A stretch of 64,000 bases of DNA from positions 31,484 through 95,483 of the forward strand of contig CAVWBU010000034.1 in NCBI GenBank assembly GCA_963753345.1, read 5' to 3'. The position numbers were made by a program, and so were the translations under genes. Shown here piece after piece: positions 19,447 through 32,502 of the stretch. A model generated the notes under the pieces. It was given only the letters and a program-made list of their open reading frames with translations. It was not told the origin of the DNA and ran no database searches. Within the stretch, counting starts at the first letter, position 1. The number at the start of each line of letters is the position of its first letter. The stretch comes from an uncultured Fibrobacterota bacterium (GTDB lineage: Bacteria; Fibrobacterota; Chitinivibrionia; Chitinivibrionales; FEN-1185).

Positions 19447-21315
19447 CTACTTCTTCGAGGACTCCAGCTGCTTCGTTTTCACCTTCGGCTTGAGCAGGTT
19501 CTCGTACATCGTCTTGTTCGACATAATGGCGAGCGCGCTCTTGAACTGATCGTCGTTCTGCAGTTTGGCGCGGTACACGGCATCGTTGTCCTGGCCCAGC
19601 TCCCTCACCATGAGCGACTCGCGGAGGTAGTTGCGGATCTCCGCGTCGTCCTTGACGAGCTCGCGCCTGCTCTCTTCGGCGAGGATCGCGGCCATCTGCT
19701 GCGACACCTTCTTGAGGACGCCGGCCTCCTCTTTGGTCCATTCCGGTTTCTTAACAAGAGAGTACGCCGACGAATCGGCGGCCTTCTTCGCCGTGTCCTT
19801 CGAGGAATCGGCGATGCCCGCCCTGTTCTTGAATTCGTCGAACACGAGCTGCGCATAGCTCTGGTACTTGAACCCGATGGAATCCGTGAAATGATTGTAG
19901 TCCTTCATCACCTGGTCGGTGACGGTGAACTTCTCGTCGGCCTTCAGGTGCCTTGCCGCGAGCCTGGGGTACTCGTAATTCGCGAATGAAAAGAACACGT
20001 CCTTGAGGAACAGCGTGCGGATCGCGAGATCGGGCATTTTCCACTGCACGATGGTGTCGGGAATGATGCCGCCGCCGCCGTGCACGATGCGCAGGTTCTT
20101 GGTGCGGTAGGTGGTGGTGTCCTTGCCGGAGGTCTTCGACGTGTCGGCGGCCTTTCCGGTTGAGTCCTTGCCCGCGCCCTCCTCCTCGTCGTCCTCGGAT
20201 TTCTTGTTCTTGCCCCTAATGCCGTTCTCCGGTTTGTTAATGCACCGGCCCGACGGCGTGTAGTAGAACGCGGTGGTGAGCTTGAGGTGGTTCACCTCGT
20301 CGATGGGAAGAATGCTCTGGACCGACCCCTTGCCGAACGTTGTGTCTCCCACGATGAGCCCGCGGTCCCAGTCCTGGATGGCGCCCGACACGATTTCGGA
20401 TGCGCTGGCGCTGCCGTTGTTGACAAGCACGATAAGCGGGATGTCGGGCGGCAGCACCGGATTGGAGCCCGCGAAATATTCGTGGTTCTGCCCGGGCACG
20501 CGGCCCCGCGTGTACACCACCAGCGATTTTCTGGGCAGGAATTTCTCCGCCACATCGATGGCCTCGGGAAGCAGCCCGCCGGGATTGTACCGCAGGTCGA
20601 AGATCACGCCCTTGACATTGTGCTTAAGCAGCTCGCGGAGCGCCTTCTCCACTTCGCTGCCGGCGTCCTGCGAAAACTGCTTGAGCGAAAGGTAGCCTAT
20701 GCCGTCCCCGAAAACGCCGGCGTACGGCACCGACTTGATGCGGATGATGGCCCGCGTGATCTTGTAGTCGAGGTCCTTGGGTTCACCGCGCCTGCGTATG
20801 GTGATGCCCACCTCGGTGTCCGGGGCGCCGCGCAGTTTCGACACCGCTTCGTCAATCGTTATGCCCTCGGTGGATTTGCCGTTTATTTTGAGAATCTGGT
20901 CGCCGGATTGAATGCCCGCGCGTTCGGCCGGCGTGCCCGGAATCGGCGTCATCACGGTGAGCACCTTGTCGCGAATCGCAATCTGGATGCCCAGGCCGCC
21001 GAATTTTCCCTCGGTCTGGATCATCAGTTCGTCGAACTGTTTCTTCTCAAAGTAGTTGCTGTGGGGGTCAAGAATGGAAAGCATGCCCTCGATCGCGTTG
21101 TCCACGAGCTTCTTGGAATCGATTGCTTCGACATAATTCTGGTGCACCTTGGTGAACACGCGGTCGAACCGCTGGACGTCTTCATAGAAGTTGTCGCTGT
21201 CCGCCTTGGTGACGTCGAAGGCGAGGCCGGCGATAATAACAAAGAAAACCACGATTCCTATGAAAGGAATGCGGCCACCCAAGACTCCGTAATCCCGATT
21301 GGCGTTCTTCTGCAT
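19447..21315 (-). CDS. Carboxy-terminal processing protease, S41A family, with PDZ domain
   Basis: LDPHS, GKFGGLGIQI (PDZ), DLRYNPGG, SASASEIVSGAIQD, TFGKGSVQ, YYTPSGR. Confidence 0.95.
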   Translation of the reverse strand: MQKNANRDYGVLGGRIPFIGIVVFFVIIAGLAFDVTKADSDNFYEDVQRFDRVFTKVHQNYVEAIDSKKLVDNAIEGMLSILDPHSNYFEKKQFDELMIQTEGKFGGLGIQIAIRDKVLTVMTPIPGTPAERAGIQSGDQILKINGKSTEGITIDEAVSKLRGAPDTEVGITIRRRGEPKDLDYKITRAIIRIKSVPYAGVFGDGIGYLSLKQFSQDAGSEVEKALRELLKHNVKGVIFDLRYNPGGLLPEAIDVAEKFLPRKSLVVYTRGRVPGQNHEYFAGSNPVLPPDIPLIVLVNNGSASASEIVSGAIQDWDRGLIVGDTTFGKGSVQSILPIDEVNHLKLTTAFYYTPSGRCINKPENGIRGKNKKSEDDEEEGAGKDSTGKAADTSKTSGKDTTTYRTKNLRIVHGGGGIIPDTIVQWKMPDLAIRTLFLKDVFFSFANYEYPRLAARHLKADEKFTVTDQVMKDYNHFTDSIGFKYQSYAQLVFDEFKNRAGIADSSKDTAKKAADSSAYSLVKKPEWTKEEAGVLKKVSQQMAAILAEESRRELVKDDAEIRNYLRESLMVRELGQDNDAVYRAKLQNDDQFKSALAIMSNKTMYENLLKPKVKTKQLESSKK

Positions 21316-21426
21316 TAATGCTCCCCTGTTTCTTTGACGCGGCGCGAAAGGCTATAAAATACATTAGAATCAAAAGGTTCCCCACTACTATTTCTGGGGA
21401 TGATTTCAATAATAACATAGCAACTT

Positions 21427-21575
21427 GGTGGGGGAAGGATCCCCCTCGCTTCAGCCCGGCGCACTTCCGCAAAATCCAACTCATTACCAATCGTGCGCCG
21501 GTCTTCCGCTACCCCCTCCTGGGTGGCCGCCTTGACAAAGCAACTGCAAGACCATGCATTGTTGCGGCGGCACCC
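21427..21575 (-). repeat. Dispersed element, module B variant, inverted
   Basis: Reverse complement matches 42296-42412 (gggtgccgcc...caatgc...tcttgcag...tttgtcaaggcgg..acccaggagggggtagcgga...gaagcgagggggat...cccacc). Confidence 0.8.
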
Positions 21576-21710
21576 ACGAAGAGCTGTGGTATGAAAATAC
21601 CCCGCCTGACGTGCGTTCTTTCTTGGCAATTGTCAAGAGTATCGGTGTCATCGCGGGCGGAGCGAAGCAATCTACATAAAATAGAACTCAAGTCATTCCA
21701 AGTCACTAAG

Positions 21711-21770
21711 CATCGGCGACATCCCGCTCGAGCGGGACCTCCAGTCGCCCCTAACGCGGCACAGAAGAAC
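21711..21770 (+). repeat. Dispersed element, 3' remnant of module A
   Basis: ctccagtcgcccctaacgcggcacagaag matches the module A terminus. Confidence 0.6.
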
Positions 21771-21807
21771 ATTGCCCAATCCGGGAAACCGCGTTTGCTT
21801 CTGTCAA

Positions 21808-21853
21808 CTCCCCTCTCCCCGTGGGAGAGGGGCGCCCAAAGGGCGGGGTGAGG
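21808..21853. repeat. REP-like palindrome
   Basis: cccctctccccgtgggagagggg...ggggtgagg. Confidence 0.5.
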
Positions 21854-21895
21854 TTAAGCGAAATAACAAATGAGGGTTACACCCGACAGGGCATT

Positions 21896-22518
21896 TCAAT
21901 CCCTCAACTTCTTCATTATTCTTTCACACACAATCTTCGACAACTCCTCCGCCACCTTTGTCCCATCAAGCAATATTATTCTCTTCGGATCTGCCGCGGC
22001 GAGGGCCAGATACCCCTTGCGCACTTTCTCGTAGAATTCCCTGCCGCTGCCCTCTAAGCGGTCGGGGCGCTTGCCGGTTGTTGCGAGGCGTGAAAACGCC
22101 GTGGCAACGTCGATGTCGAACACGAAGGTGAGAGAGGGCGCGATGCCGCCGGTGGCGAAGCTGTTCATCCCGGCAAGGGTCTTGAGAGGAATGCCGCGGC
22201 CGTAACCCTGATAGGCGAAGGTTGCCTCCATGAACCTGTCGCACAGCACAACGTTTCCTTTGTCAAGCGCCGGCGCGATCGTTTCGCGCACGTGCTGGGC
22301 GCGCGCGGCAAAGTACAGGAGCACCTCGCACCCGTCGCTCATTGCGCCGTGGTCCGGCGAAAGCAGAATGTCGCGGATGCGCTCGGCAACGGGCGTGCCG
22401 CCCGGTTCGCGCGTGACCGTGCACGGTATGTTCCTGCCGGCGAGCGTGCGCTGCGCAAGTCCCACCTGCGTGCTCTTCCCGCATCCGTCAATTCCCTCGA
22501 ACGTCACGAACAGGCCGC

Positions 22519-22522
<4 letters not shown>
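21896..22522 (-). CDS. tmk: Thymidylate kinase
   Basis: [38 protein letters not shown] overlap with the secA stop. Confidence 0.96.
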
Positions 22523-25632
<3,110 letters not shown>

Positions 25633-25798
25633 GTCATTCCACCTTGTTGTATCGGAATCTTACGGATTTTCACTGTTGATGCAAACGGGACCTTGGGCGG
25701 CTTCGGCGGCACCGAGTGCCGTGAGGGTCATCGGCCGTGCGTCATTTTGCCCCCGCGCTTGCCCGAACCGGGCAGGTTCCGTTTTCCTGTTTCGGGAT

Positions 25799-26110
25799 CT
25801 ACCCCTCGATGGAGCAGGATATCGGAATACCGCGGGAGAACTTGTCAACCAGGTCGCCCAGACCCGTCTTCTGGTCGGGCGTCAAATCACAGAACTGCAT
25901 CCCCACCCTGAACCCGTCGGTGCGATCCTGGCAGTATATCACCTGCGCCTTGAGACGGACAGCGTTGATTTTGACAAAGGCAAATGCGCCCTTTTCAAGC
26001 TTCTTCGCGCTGAACCCGCACACGCCGGTCTTGCTCAGATCGAACAGCGTCGGCTCCGTGGTCCCGTTCAGTTGAAGGAACTCGATTCGTTCGCTTTTTC
26101 TGTCTTTCAT
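25799..26110 (-). CDS. Stand-alone PilZ domain protein
   Basis: RxxxR (DRKSER) and DLSKTG motifs; VGMQF. Confidence 0.8.
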   Translation of the reverse strand: MKDRKSERIEFLQLNGTTEPTLFDLSKTGVCGFSAKKLEKGAFAFVKINAVRLKAQVIYCQDRTDGFRVGMQFCDLTPDQKTGLGDLVDKFSRGIPISCSIEG

Positions 26111-26211
26111 AGATTTCTCCTACGTTCTCCTAGGTGTTCCAGACCGGCGGGAAGAACCATTGGCAACCTGCGTGAAAGATCCCGCCGCGCCGGATGCCGG
26201 GGCCCTTGCCC

Positions 26212-27285
26212 CTATGCCTGCGCTTCGAACACGAACGGATACACGACCTCAACCGGTCCGCCGCCTTCCATGACCGGGAAGGTCCAGCGTTGGATATACC
26301 GGACAAGATTGTCGTCAAAGTCCGAGTTCTTCGTGGAGGAGCTCATTACGGTGACGTTGGTGACTGATCCATTCGGCATTATCGTGAACTTGATCTTGAT
26401 CTGTCCCGCAAGCGACGGGTCCCTCTTGAGCCACGTTTCGTATACACGTTTGAGCTGGTTGCTTTGAACGTCTATCACCTTCTTGATGGACGACTGGCTC
26501 CGCGCCTCCGCGTTGGTGGTGTTCCCGGTCACTACCGGTATCGCAGAGGAAATCGCCACGCCGCCTCCCGACGAAATGCGCTCGCTGCGGGCCCGGCCCA
26601 CGCTCTCGCGGGTGATGTCGACTCCCTGCGTCACCGTGCCGCGCCTCGCCTTGAGTTCGCCTATGTCAACGTTGCCGCGGGTCGCGAAGGTGCCTTTGGA
26701 CACCTGTATGCTTCCCAGGTCTCCAACCCCGCCGGCGGCGGCTCCGAGAAGGTCGGTAACGCTCCCGCCGGACGAAGGTCCGGCCTTGCCGCCGCCCGAC
26801 GACGTGATGGCGGCGAAGATGCCGGCGGTCTGCACCGCGGCGGCCACGCGCTGGCGAACCGCCTGGCGCTCTTCCCTTGTGGCTTCCTGGCGGGCGTGGC
26901 GGTCCGCGAACGTCTCTTTTTCGTGGTCCACCTTCGCCGTCTTCGCCGTTTCCTTGGCCGCGGTCTTGCCGGTCTCGGCGGTTCCCGCGCCCTTTTCCGC
27001 CTTTTTTACCTCGGGAGGTTTGGCCTTGGGCTGGTTGAGCACAAGCTGCGCGTACCGTTCCTGAATCTTTGCAATGTCCTTTTCGTTCACCGTTTCGGTC
27101 ACCTTGACGGAGGAGAGGATGGACACCGTCACAAAAGCCACAAGGAAAAACGATCCGAAAATAATGGTGAAACGGGGTTCCACCCGGGAAAGCAGGTTTC
27201 TTCGCAGGTCCTTGGGAAACACCTGGAGTGCGGCCCCGCCTGCGCCCTGAATGAAGAAAAGACCGGACTGCCCTGCGTTGGCCAT
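26212..27285 (-). CDS. TonB-family energy transducer with AgmX/PglI (GltG)-like C-terminal domain
   Basis: Single TM, low-complexity linker, LKRVYETWLKRDPSLAGQIKIKFTIMPNG...WTFP...VVYPFVF. Confidence 0.85.
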   Translation of the reverse strand: MANAGQSGLFFIQGAGGAALQVFPKDLRRNLLSRVEPRFTIIFGSFFLVAFVTVSILSSVKVTETVNEKDIAKIQERYAQLVLNQPKAKPPEVKKAEKGAGTAETGKTAAKETAKTAKVDHEKETFADRHARQEATREERQAVRQRVAAAVQTAGIFAAITSSGGGKAGPSSGGSVTDLLGAAAGGVGDLGSIQVSKGTFATRGNVDIGELKARRGTVTQGVDITRESVGRARSERISSGGGVAISSAIPVVTGNTTNAEARSQSSIKKVIDVQSNQLKRVYETWLKRDPSLAGQIKIKFTIMPNGSVTNVTVMSSSTKNSDFDDNLVRYIQRWTFPVMEGGGPVEVVYPFVFEAQA

Positions 27286-27785
27286 TATGCCTTCCTGTAC
27301 ACAACAAGGTTCATCACCGGGTATCCCGCCTGGCCGCAGGTGTACATGACCCTGGTGAGAACGTTGTACGGAATCGCAACGTCTCCCTGAATGGAAATTT
27401 TTCCGGAAAACTCCGTCTTGAACATTGCCGCCGATTTTTTCGCTTCGTCCGAGTACTTCTTGAGAACGTTGTACAGCGGTTCGATAAGAAAGTCTTTCTG
27501 CGTGAGAATCGCCTGGTATGCCTTTTCGTCGATGACGACGGCATTTTCGACCATGATGTTGCCCGCGGACACCTTGACGCTCAGCGCCTCGCCCGCGTTC
27601 TTCTCGACGGAAGACGTCGGCAGCAGCAGGTTGGTTGCCGGCGTCACGAGCTGGCCCTGCGCGGAATAGTTCTTGAGCAGAAACACCACCATAAGCGTGA
27701 ACATGTCGATCATGGACGTAATGTTCAGCTTGACCGTGCCGTCGCTGCGTTTCCGGTGTTTTCGCCGGGTGGATTGCTGTGCCAT
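27285..27785 (-). CDS. ExbD/TolR family protein (AglS-like)
   Basis: LNITSMIDMFTLMVVFLLKNYS TM with the conserved Asp; IQGDVAIPY...VMYTCGQAGY. Confidence 0.9.
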   Translation of the reverse strand: MAQQSTRRKHRKRSDGTVKLNITSMIDMFTLMVVFLLKNYSAQGQLVTPATNLLLPTSSVEKNAGEALSVKVSAGNIMVENAVVIDEKAYQAILTQKDFLIEPLYNVLKKYSDEAKKSAAMFKTEFSGKISIQGDVAIPYNVLTRVMYTCGQAGYPVMNLVVYRKA

Positions 27786-29092
27786 TACTGGATTATGCCT
27801 CCCGCGATCGATACGTTCGGAAACATGGTGACATTGCCGTCGGGCGTGCGCGTGCCTCTGGCGGCATCCATCACCGCAATAACCGTCTGGTACTTGATCT
27901 TCTCCTCGCCCACAAGCTTGATCGCTTCGTGGTCGGAGAACAAGGGACTTCCGCTCATGTCTTTGGACGTGTATGCCTTGTACAGCTGATACAACGATGC
28001 GTCCGGCGGAATGGTCGGTGAGTAGGACTTGACAATTTCCAAAAGCGCCTTGCGCTTGACTTCCGCAAGCCGCGCGTTGAGCGTGTCGTAGTTGTACTGG
28101 CCATTGACAAGAGGGATATCGGGCGGCTTTTCCCCGAGGGTCTGGTTCGCCTGAGCCGCCTTCTCCGCCTGGTTGAAATAGTGGAAGATGTTGAATCCCT
28201 TGGCAGTGATGACGACCCCGAGCTCCAGCTTGCTCTGCTGCTGATTTTCGCCCCCGCCGCCCCCGCCGCCTGCCTGCGACGATTCGGGAAGCTTGAGCTC
28301 GATGGCGCCCATCTTGACAAATTCTGACGATGTAAGGAGAAACGGGATGAGCATCACCATGAGGTTGAGCATGGGCGTCACGTCGGTGTCGGCGACTTCC
28401 TCATCGCCCGAGCGGCGTATCAGCGAATTGAGTTTCTTCTGTTCGCCGACGGGCGGATTGAGAAGGTTGAGAATGGCGACCGAATAGCGGTCCAGCTCGA
28501 CAAGCGCCTGGTCCACGCGGGCGCGCAGAAACGCGAATGCCATGATGCAGGGCACGCTTATGGACAGCCCTACCAGCGTGGAGTTCATTGCCGTTGAAAT
28601 GCCGGCTGCGAGCAGCGCGGATTTTTCCACCGCCGCCACGCCGGGCCTCCCCACGGCCGCAAACGACATGATGAGGCCGAACACCGTGCCCAGCAGCCCG
28701 AGAAGCGTGGACACGTTGCTGAACATCACGAGCAGCGAAAGCCGTTTTTCCATCTGCGCGGCCATGTGGGTCGATTCCTCGCCCATAGCGCCTTCGACAA
28801 GGTGGGGCTCCACCTGGGCCTTTTTTATTCCTGCGCCGAGGATCCGCGGCAGCGCCCTGTGGCCGCCCGACGCGCAGATCCGGAACGCCTCGTCGAGATT
28901 TTTCTCCACAATAAGACGCTTTATCCGCTCAAAAAGGCTCGCGGCGTCGTAATCGGTGCGCTTGTTGGTGGACAGCCAGCGTTCCCCGGCGAGCAGCACG
29001 GCCGACAGGCCGAGCGCGGCGAGCAGCCACATGAATAAGAAAGCGTCGTTTGACGGAAGAAAACATTTGAGGAGTTCGGTAAAGATACCCAT
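27785..29092 (-). CDS. MotA/TolQ/ExbB fused in frame to an ExbD/TolR (AglQ-like) domain
   Basis: TLLGLLGTVFGLIMSF and GISTAMNST (ExbB), then DVTPMLNLMVMLIPFLL and YQTVIAVMDAAR (ExbD), in one ORF. Confidence 0.85.
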   Translation of the reverse strand: MGIFTELLKCFLPSNDAFLFMWLLAALGLSAVLLAGERWLSTNKRTDYDAASLFERIKRLIVEKNLDEAFRICASGGHRALPRILGAGIKKAQVEPHLVEGAMGEESTHMAAQMEKRLSLLVMFSNVSTLLGLLGTVFGLIMSFAAVGRPGVAAVEKSALLAAGISTAMNSTLVGLSISVPCIMAFAFLRARVDQALVELDRYSVAILNLLNPPVGEQKKLNSLIRRSGDEEVADTDVTPMLNLMVMLIPFLLTSSEFVKMGAIELKLPESSQAGGGGGGGENQQQSKLELGVVITAKGFNIFHYFNQAEKAAQANQTLGEKPPDIPLVNGQYNYDTLNARLAEVKRKALLEIVKSYSPTIPPDASLYQLYKAYTSKDMSGSPLFSDHEAIKLVGEEKIKYQTVIAVMDAARGTRTPDGNVTMFPNVSIAGGIIQ

Positions 29093-29104
29093 AGCTACAA
29101 AGTC

Positions 29105-29143
29105 GATTGTTGACAGTTGATGGTTGACAGTTGACGGTTGACA
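29105..29143. repeat. 7-nt tandem repeat (GTTGACA-like)
   Basis: gttgaca-gttgatg-gttgaca-gttgacg-gttgaca between the two exbB-like genes. Confidence 0.75.
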
Positions 29144-29196
29144 GAATCAGAAACCGTATGCCGTACCTTGCAAAGGCCCGAAACCACAGGCCCTCA

Positions 29197-29964
29197 TCAG
29201 ATGTTGATTTCCTTGATAAGCTTGTTGTCGGTAAAGATCTTGATGTTGTTGTGCGTTATATGCAGGCCCACGCCTTCCTTGAGCTGCGAAGCGCTGATGT
29301 GGTACTTGTGGGTCTTGAACGATTTTTCGATGAGGGAATTAAGCACGCGGACCGAATATTCGTCGAGCTCGTCGATAATCCTCGTGGTCTTCGCCTTGAG
29401 AAATGCATAGACCATGATGGAAACAATGGCCACCGACAGCCCCGTGAACGTGGAGTTCATGGCGGTGGCGATACCCGACGCGAGCAGTTCGGACTTCTGA
29501 GCCGCATCGATGCCGGGACGGCCCACCGCGGCAAACGACATGATAAGACCGTACACCGTGCCGAGCAGTCCGAGCAAGGTTGCGACGTTGCCGATGACGG
29601 CAAGGTATCCGGTCCGTTTCTCAAGAAGGGGAATGATCTTGAGCATCGCCTCATCGATCGCGTTGCGGATGCGCTCGGCGCCCGTGTTCGCCTCGTCGAG
29701 GCCGGCCTTGATGACGTTTGCAAGCGCCATGCGTTTGCCCTTGTCGCATATTCTGATTGCGCTGTCGACATCGTCCTTCAGGATATCCTGCAATATGTCC
29801 CGGATGAACGACTCGGATTTGCGGCCGGACTTTCTCTGCAGGTAGATGAACCGTTCGACGATTACCGATACGCTGAACACTCCCACCACGAGAATGGCCC
29901 ACATGAACAAGAATGCATCGGACTGCGGGCTGAAAGCATGCAGGAGCTTGGTTACAAATTCCAT
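29197..29964 (-). CDS. MotA/TolQ/ExbB proton channel (AglR-like)
   Basis: NVATLLGLLGTVYGLIMSF, GIATAMNSTFTGL; ATG 29964 follows ggagga. Confidence 0.92.
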   Translation of the reverse strand: MEFVTKLLHAFSPQSDAFLFMWAILVVGVFSVSVIVERFIYLQRKSGRKSESFIRDILQDILKDDVDSAIRICDKGKRMALANVIKAGLDEANTGAERIRNAIDEAMLKIIPLLEKRTGYLAVIGNVATLLGLLGTVYGLIMSFAAVGRPGIDAAQKSELLASGIATAMNSTFTGLSVAIVSIMVYAFLKAKTTRIIDELDEYSVRVLNSLIEKSFKTHKYHISASQLKEGVGLHITHNNIKIFTDNKLIKEINI

Positions 29965-30447
29965 GTCAGGTCCTCCGTTCCTTGGGTGTCCATAATGAAT
30001 AGGTCCGTCATGCTTTTTCGCCTCCATGCGGAAGCTGTTTGCACGAACGGACGCTTGTGATCGACCCGGGACCGACGCGCCCGGTTTTCTTAGAGCTTAT
30101 CCTTATTCACGGATAAGCTCTTAGTCAACAGTCTATCAAAATATAATATTTCATGATTGCGGACGCGCATATTATGAAACGGTCTATCCCCCGTTTTCGT
30201 TTCAAATTTTCTTGAATCCCACGCGAGCGCATTCCTCGAAGGTTCGCTGTTGCGGCTACCCCTGTAGTGTTGTATGCAGTTGTAGTCGTGGTGCTTCGGG
30301 GTTGGCGAGCGTCTATCGATATGTTTTATTCCATAGGGATGGAAAGATTCCTCGTCGCGCGGGACTGCGGGGTCTTTCAAATCCGCCGTTAAAAGACCTT
30401 TACACCGATTGCAGCCAACCACGGCGAAGGCGCGCGGTCGGGGACCC

Positions 30448-31867
30448 CTATTTGTCGGCGACATATTCGATCTTTATCCTGCCCAGAAGCCTGATAAGGT
30501 TCACCGCGTTGCGGCCGCTGTCGTCCAGCACCAGGGGAACGCGGTCTTTGCAAGCAGGAAAGACCCCGAACGCGGGGTCGGCAAAGACCCAGGTTCCGGT
30601 CCAGACCATCACCCACGCGTGCCCGCCATAGGTTTTTTTTGCGGGGACGTAGATACAACCCGAGCACCACGCGCGCCGGAATGCCGGCGCTCCGAAGCAG
30701 CGCCGCCAGAAGCACGGCATGTTCCCCGCAGTCGCCGAACCCCGCCTTAAGGGTCTCCACCGCGTTTGAGAAGGTCGCGGTCGGCCGTTTTTCAAGGGAC
30801 GAAAACACATGCATGTTGAAGGCAAGTGCAATTGCGCACGGGTCCGTCTCGTTTCCCTTGAGCTTGCGGGCGAGCTGAACGATTGACGGGTGGTTCGACT
30901 GGAGCGTGGCCGTGGGCCTGGTAAAAACGGAAAGAGCCGAATCCGGCGCGGCCTGCGTAACGCACGAGCAGGGCATCTGCGACGGTTCGAGCACCCACCG
31001 GTCTCCCGTGTGTGCATACATCGCCGCCACCGAACCGTCCAGTGCCGTGCCGGGCGGGAGCGCCAGGGCGATGCGCTCCCCGCTCTTGGCGGCCCTGGGC
31101 GCCGGGACCGAAAAGAGATCGCTCAAATCCGATATGTCAATCGATTCGCCGCGTTTTTCCTTCCGGTCCCGTGCAGAGGCCCGCTTCGCCGTGAAAATGC
31201 CTTCAATTTCCTGCACGAGCGTTCTGCCGGACGCGTCGATCTGCCACGCCTGGTGCCGGCCCGAAATGTTGTCGGTGACGTCAAGCGTCACGTTTCTCGC
31301 GGCCGAGTCGACCGCGGTGCAGCAATAGGCGTTTGCAATGATTTTTCCCGAGACCAGGTCGATCTCCGTGTCGCGCCATGTCTCTCCCCGAGCAATGAGC
31401 ATGCGTTTGAGGCGCTTTGTCATTTCCAGAGTCGGAAGAAGGCTCTCGTTGAAATCGTCGATGATGCTGGCCGTGGTTTCCCCGCCTGTTTCAACGCTCA
31501 GGCGCCAACCCTGCGGACTCTTGAACAGCAGCCATGTGCTGGTCCCGCTCGTCGATTTGATTGTCTGGCGCGCACTGCGAAGCAGCCCGCAGGCATCGTA
31601 GCTCCGCTGTTCGAACAATTCCATCTGGCTCACGCCCGTTTCCTGGCCTGCAACCGACAACGACATGGTGCTCACAACGGCCTGCATGCTGTCGGCAATG
31701 GACACACTGTGCACCAGGATCCCGGCGAGCCGCTCCTTGTAGAACACGTCGAGGGTCTCGGCCTGGACCATCGCCCGCCATTCGGAAAGAGGCAACGCGC
31801 ATGACGCATGCGCACCCTGCCACGGGGCGAAAACGGCGATTATCGTTGTGTAAAGCAGACGTTTCAT
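30448..31867 (-). CDS. Secreted transglutaminase-like protein (frameshift near 30657)
   Basis: GDCGEHAVLLAALLRSAGIPARVVLG in one frame; GHAWVMVWTGTWVFADPAFG in the 30448..31017 frame completes the C-H-D triad. Confidence 0.8.
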
Positions 31868-32502
31868 GATTCCGGGGTGGGTTCCGCGCCGGGCGGCCGG
31901 GCGCCTTTTCCATCGGTTCTTGTGTAGGAGTCAAAGGATACTCCGGTGACCTTTCTGAACGTCGCGGCGAACAGCGCCGCATCGGCGAATCCGGCTTCCT
32001 GTGCAACCGATTCCATTGACGCGGCCGGGTTCCTGCCAAGGATCATTTTTGCGCCGTTGACCCTCACCTGCGAGATGAAATCGGAAAGACCCATGCCGAG
32101 GTTGCGCTCCATCAGGACTTCCAGAAAAGATTCGCCGGTGACAAGCGCCTCGCACGCGCTCTTTGCGGTAAGGCCGGGATCGGCATAATGCTGCTCAATA
32201 TAGCGGCACGCCTTCTGAACTTCCTTGTCCATCACGGAAAGCCTCGTTGTCGTCAGGAACCTGCGCCTGTCCCTGCTGTTCCGGACCGACATCACCACTG
32301 CCGCCGCGCCTGCGCCGGCAACGATTGCGATAATCAGAAAAATCGGCAGACGGGAGAGAATGGCCTTTCCCGAAAGAACGGCCCCGGGCAAGTTTTTTGC
32401 GGCCGCCACGGCGCTCAGGACGAGCGCGAAAAGGAAAAGAAGCAGGGCGATCCTCAGGCCGGAGGCAAGACGCCGCAGGAACGATTTCCTATACGGAAGC
32501 AT
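31864..32502 (-). CDS. Membrane-anchored AraC-family transcriptional regulator
   Basis: Two TM helices, then YIEQHYADPGL...VAQEAGFADAALFAATFRKVTGVS. Confidence 0.85.
   Translation of the reverse strand: MLPYRKSFLRRLASGLRIALLLFLFALVLSAVAAAKNLPGAVLSGKAILSRLPIFLIIAIVAGAGAAAVVMSVRNSRDRRRFLTTTRLSVMDKEVQKACRYIEQHYADPGLTAKSACEALVTGESFLEVLMERNLGMGLSDFISQVRVNGAKMILGRNPAASMESVAQEAGFADAALFAATFRKVTGVSFDSYTRTDGKGARPPGAEPTPES

Noticed and set aside
25640-25795. GC-rich hairpins upstream of secA as a c-di-GMP riboswitch
   Set aside because: No GGCAAAC..GAAA..GACGCAAA core is present.
30190-30450. Possible 6S RNA or riboswitch upstream of the exbB operon
   Set aside because: There is some pairing (tcccacgcga/tcgcgcggga, ggtctttc/aaagacc) but no consensus I can match; needs Infernal.
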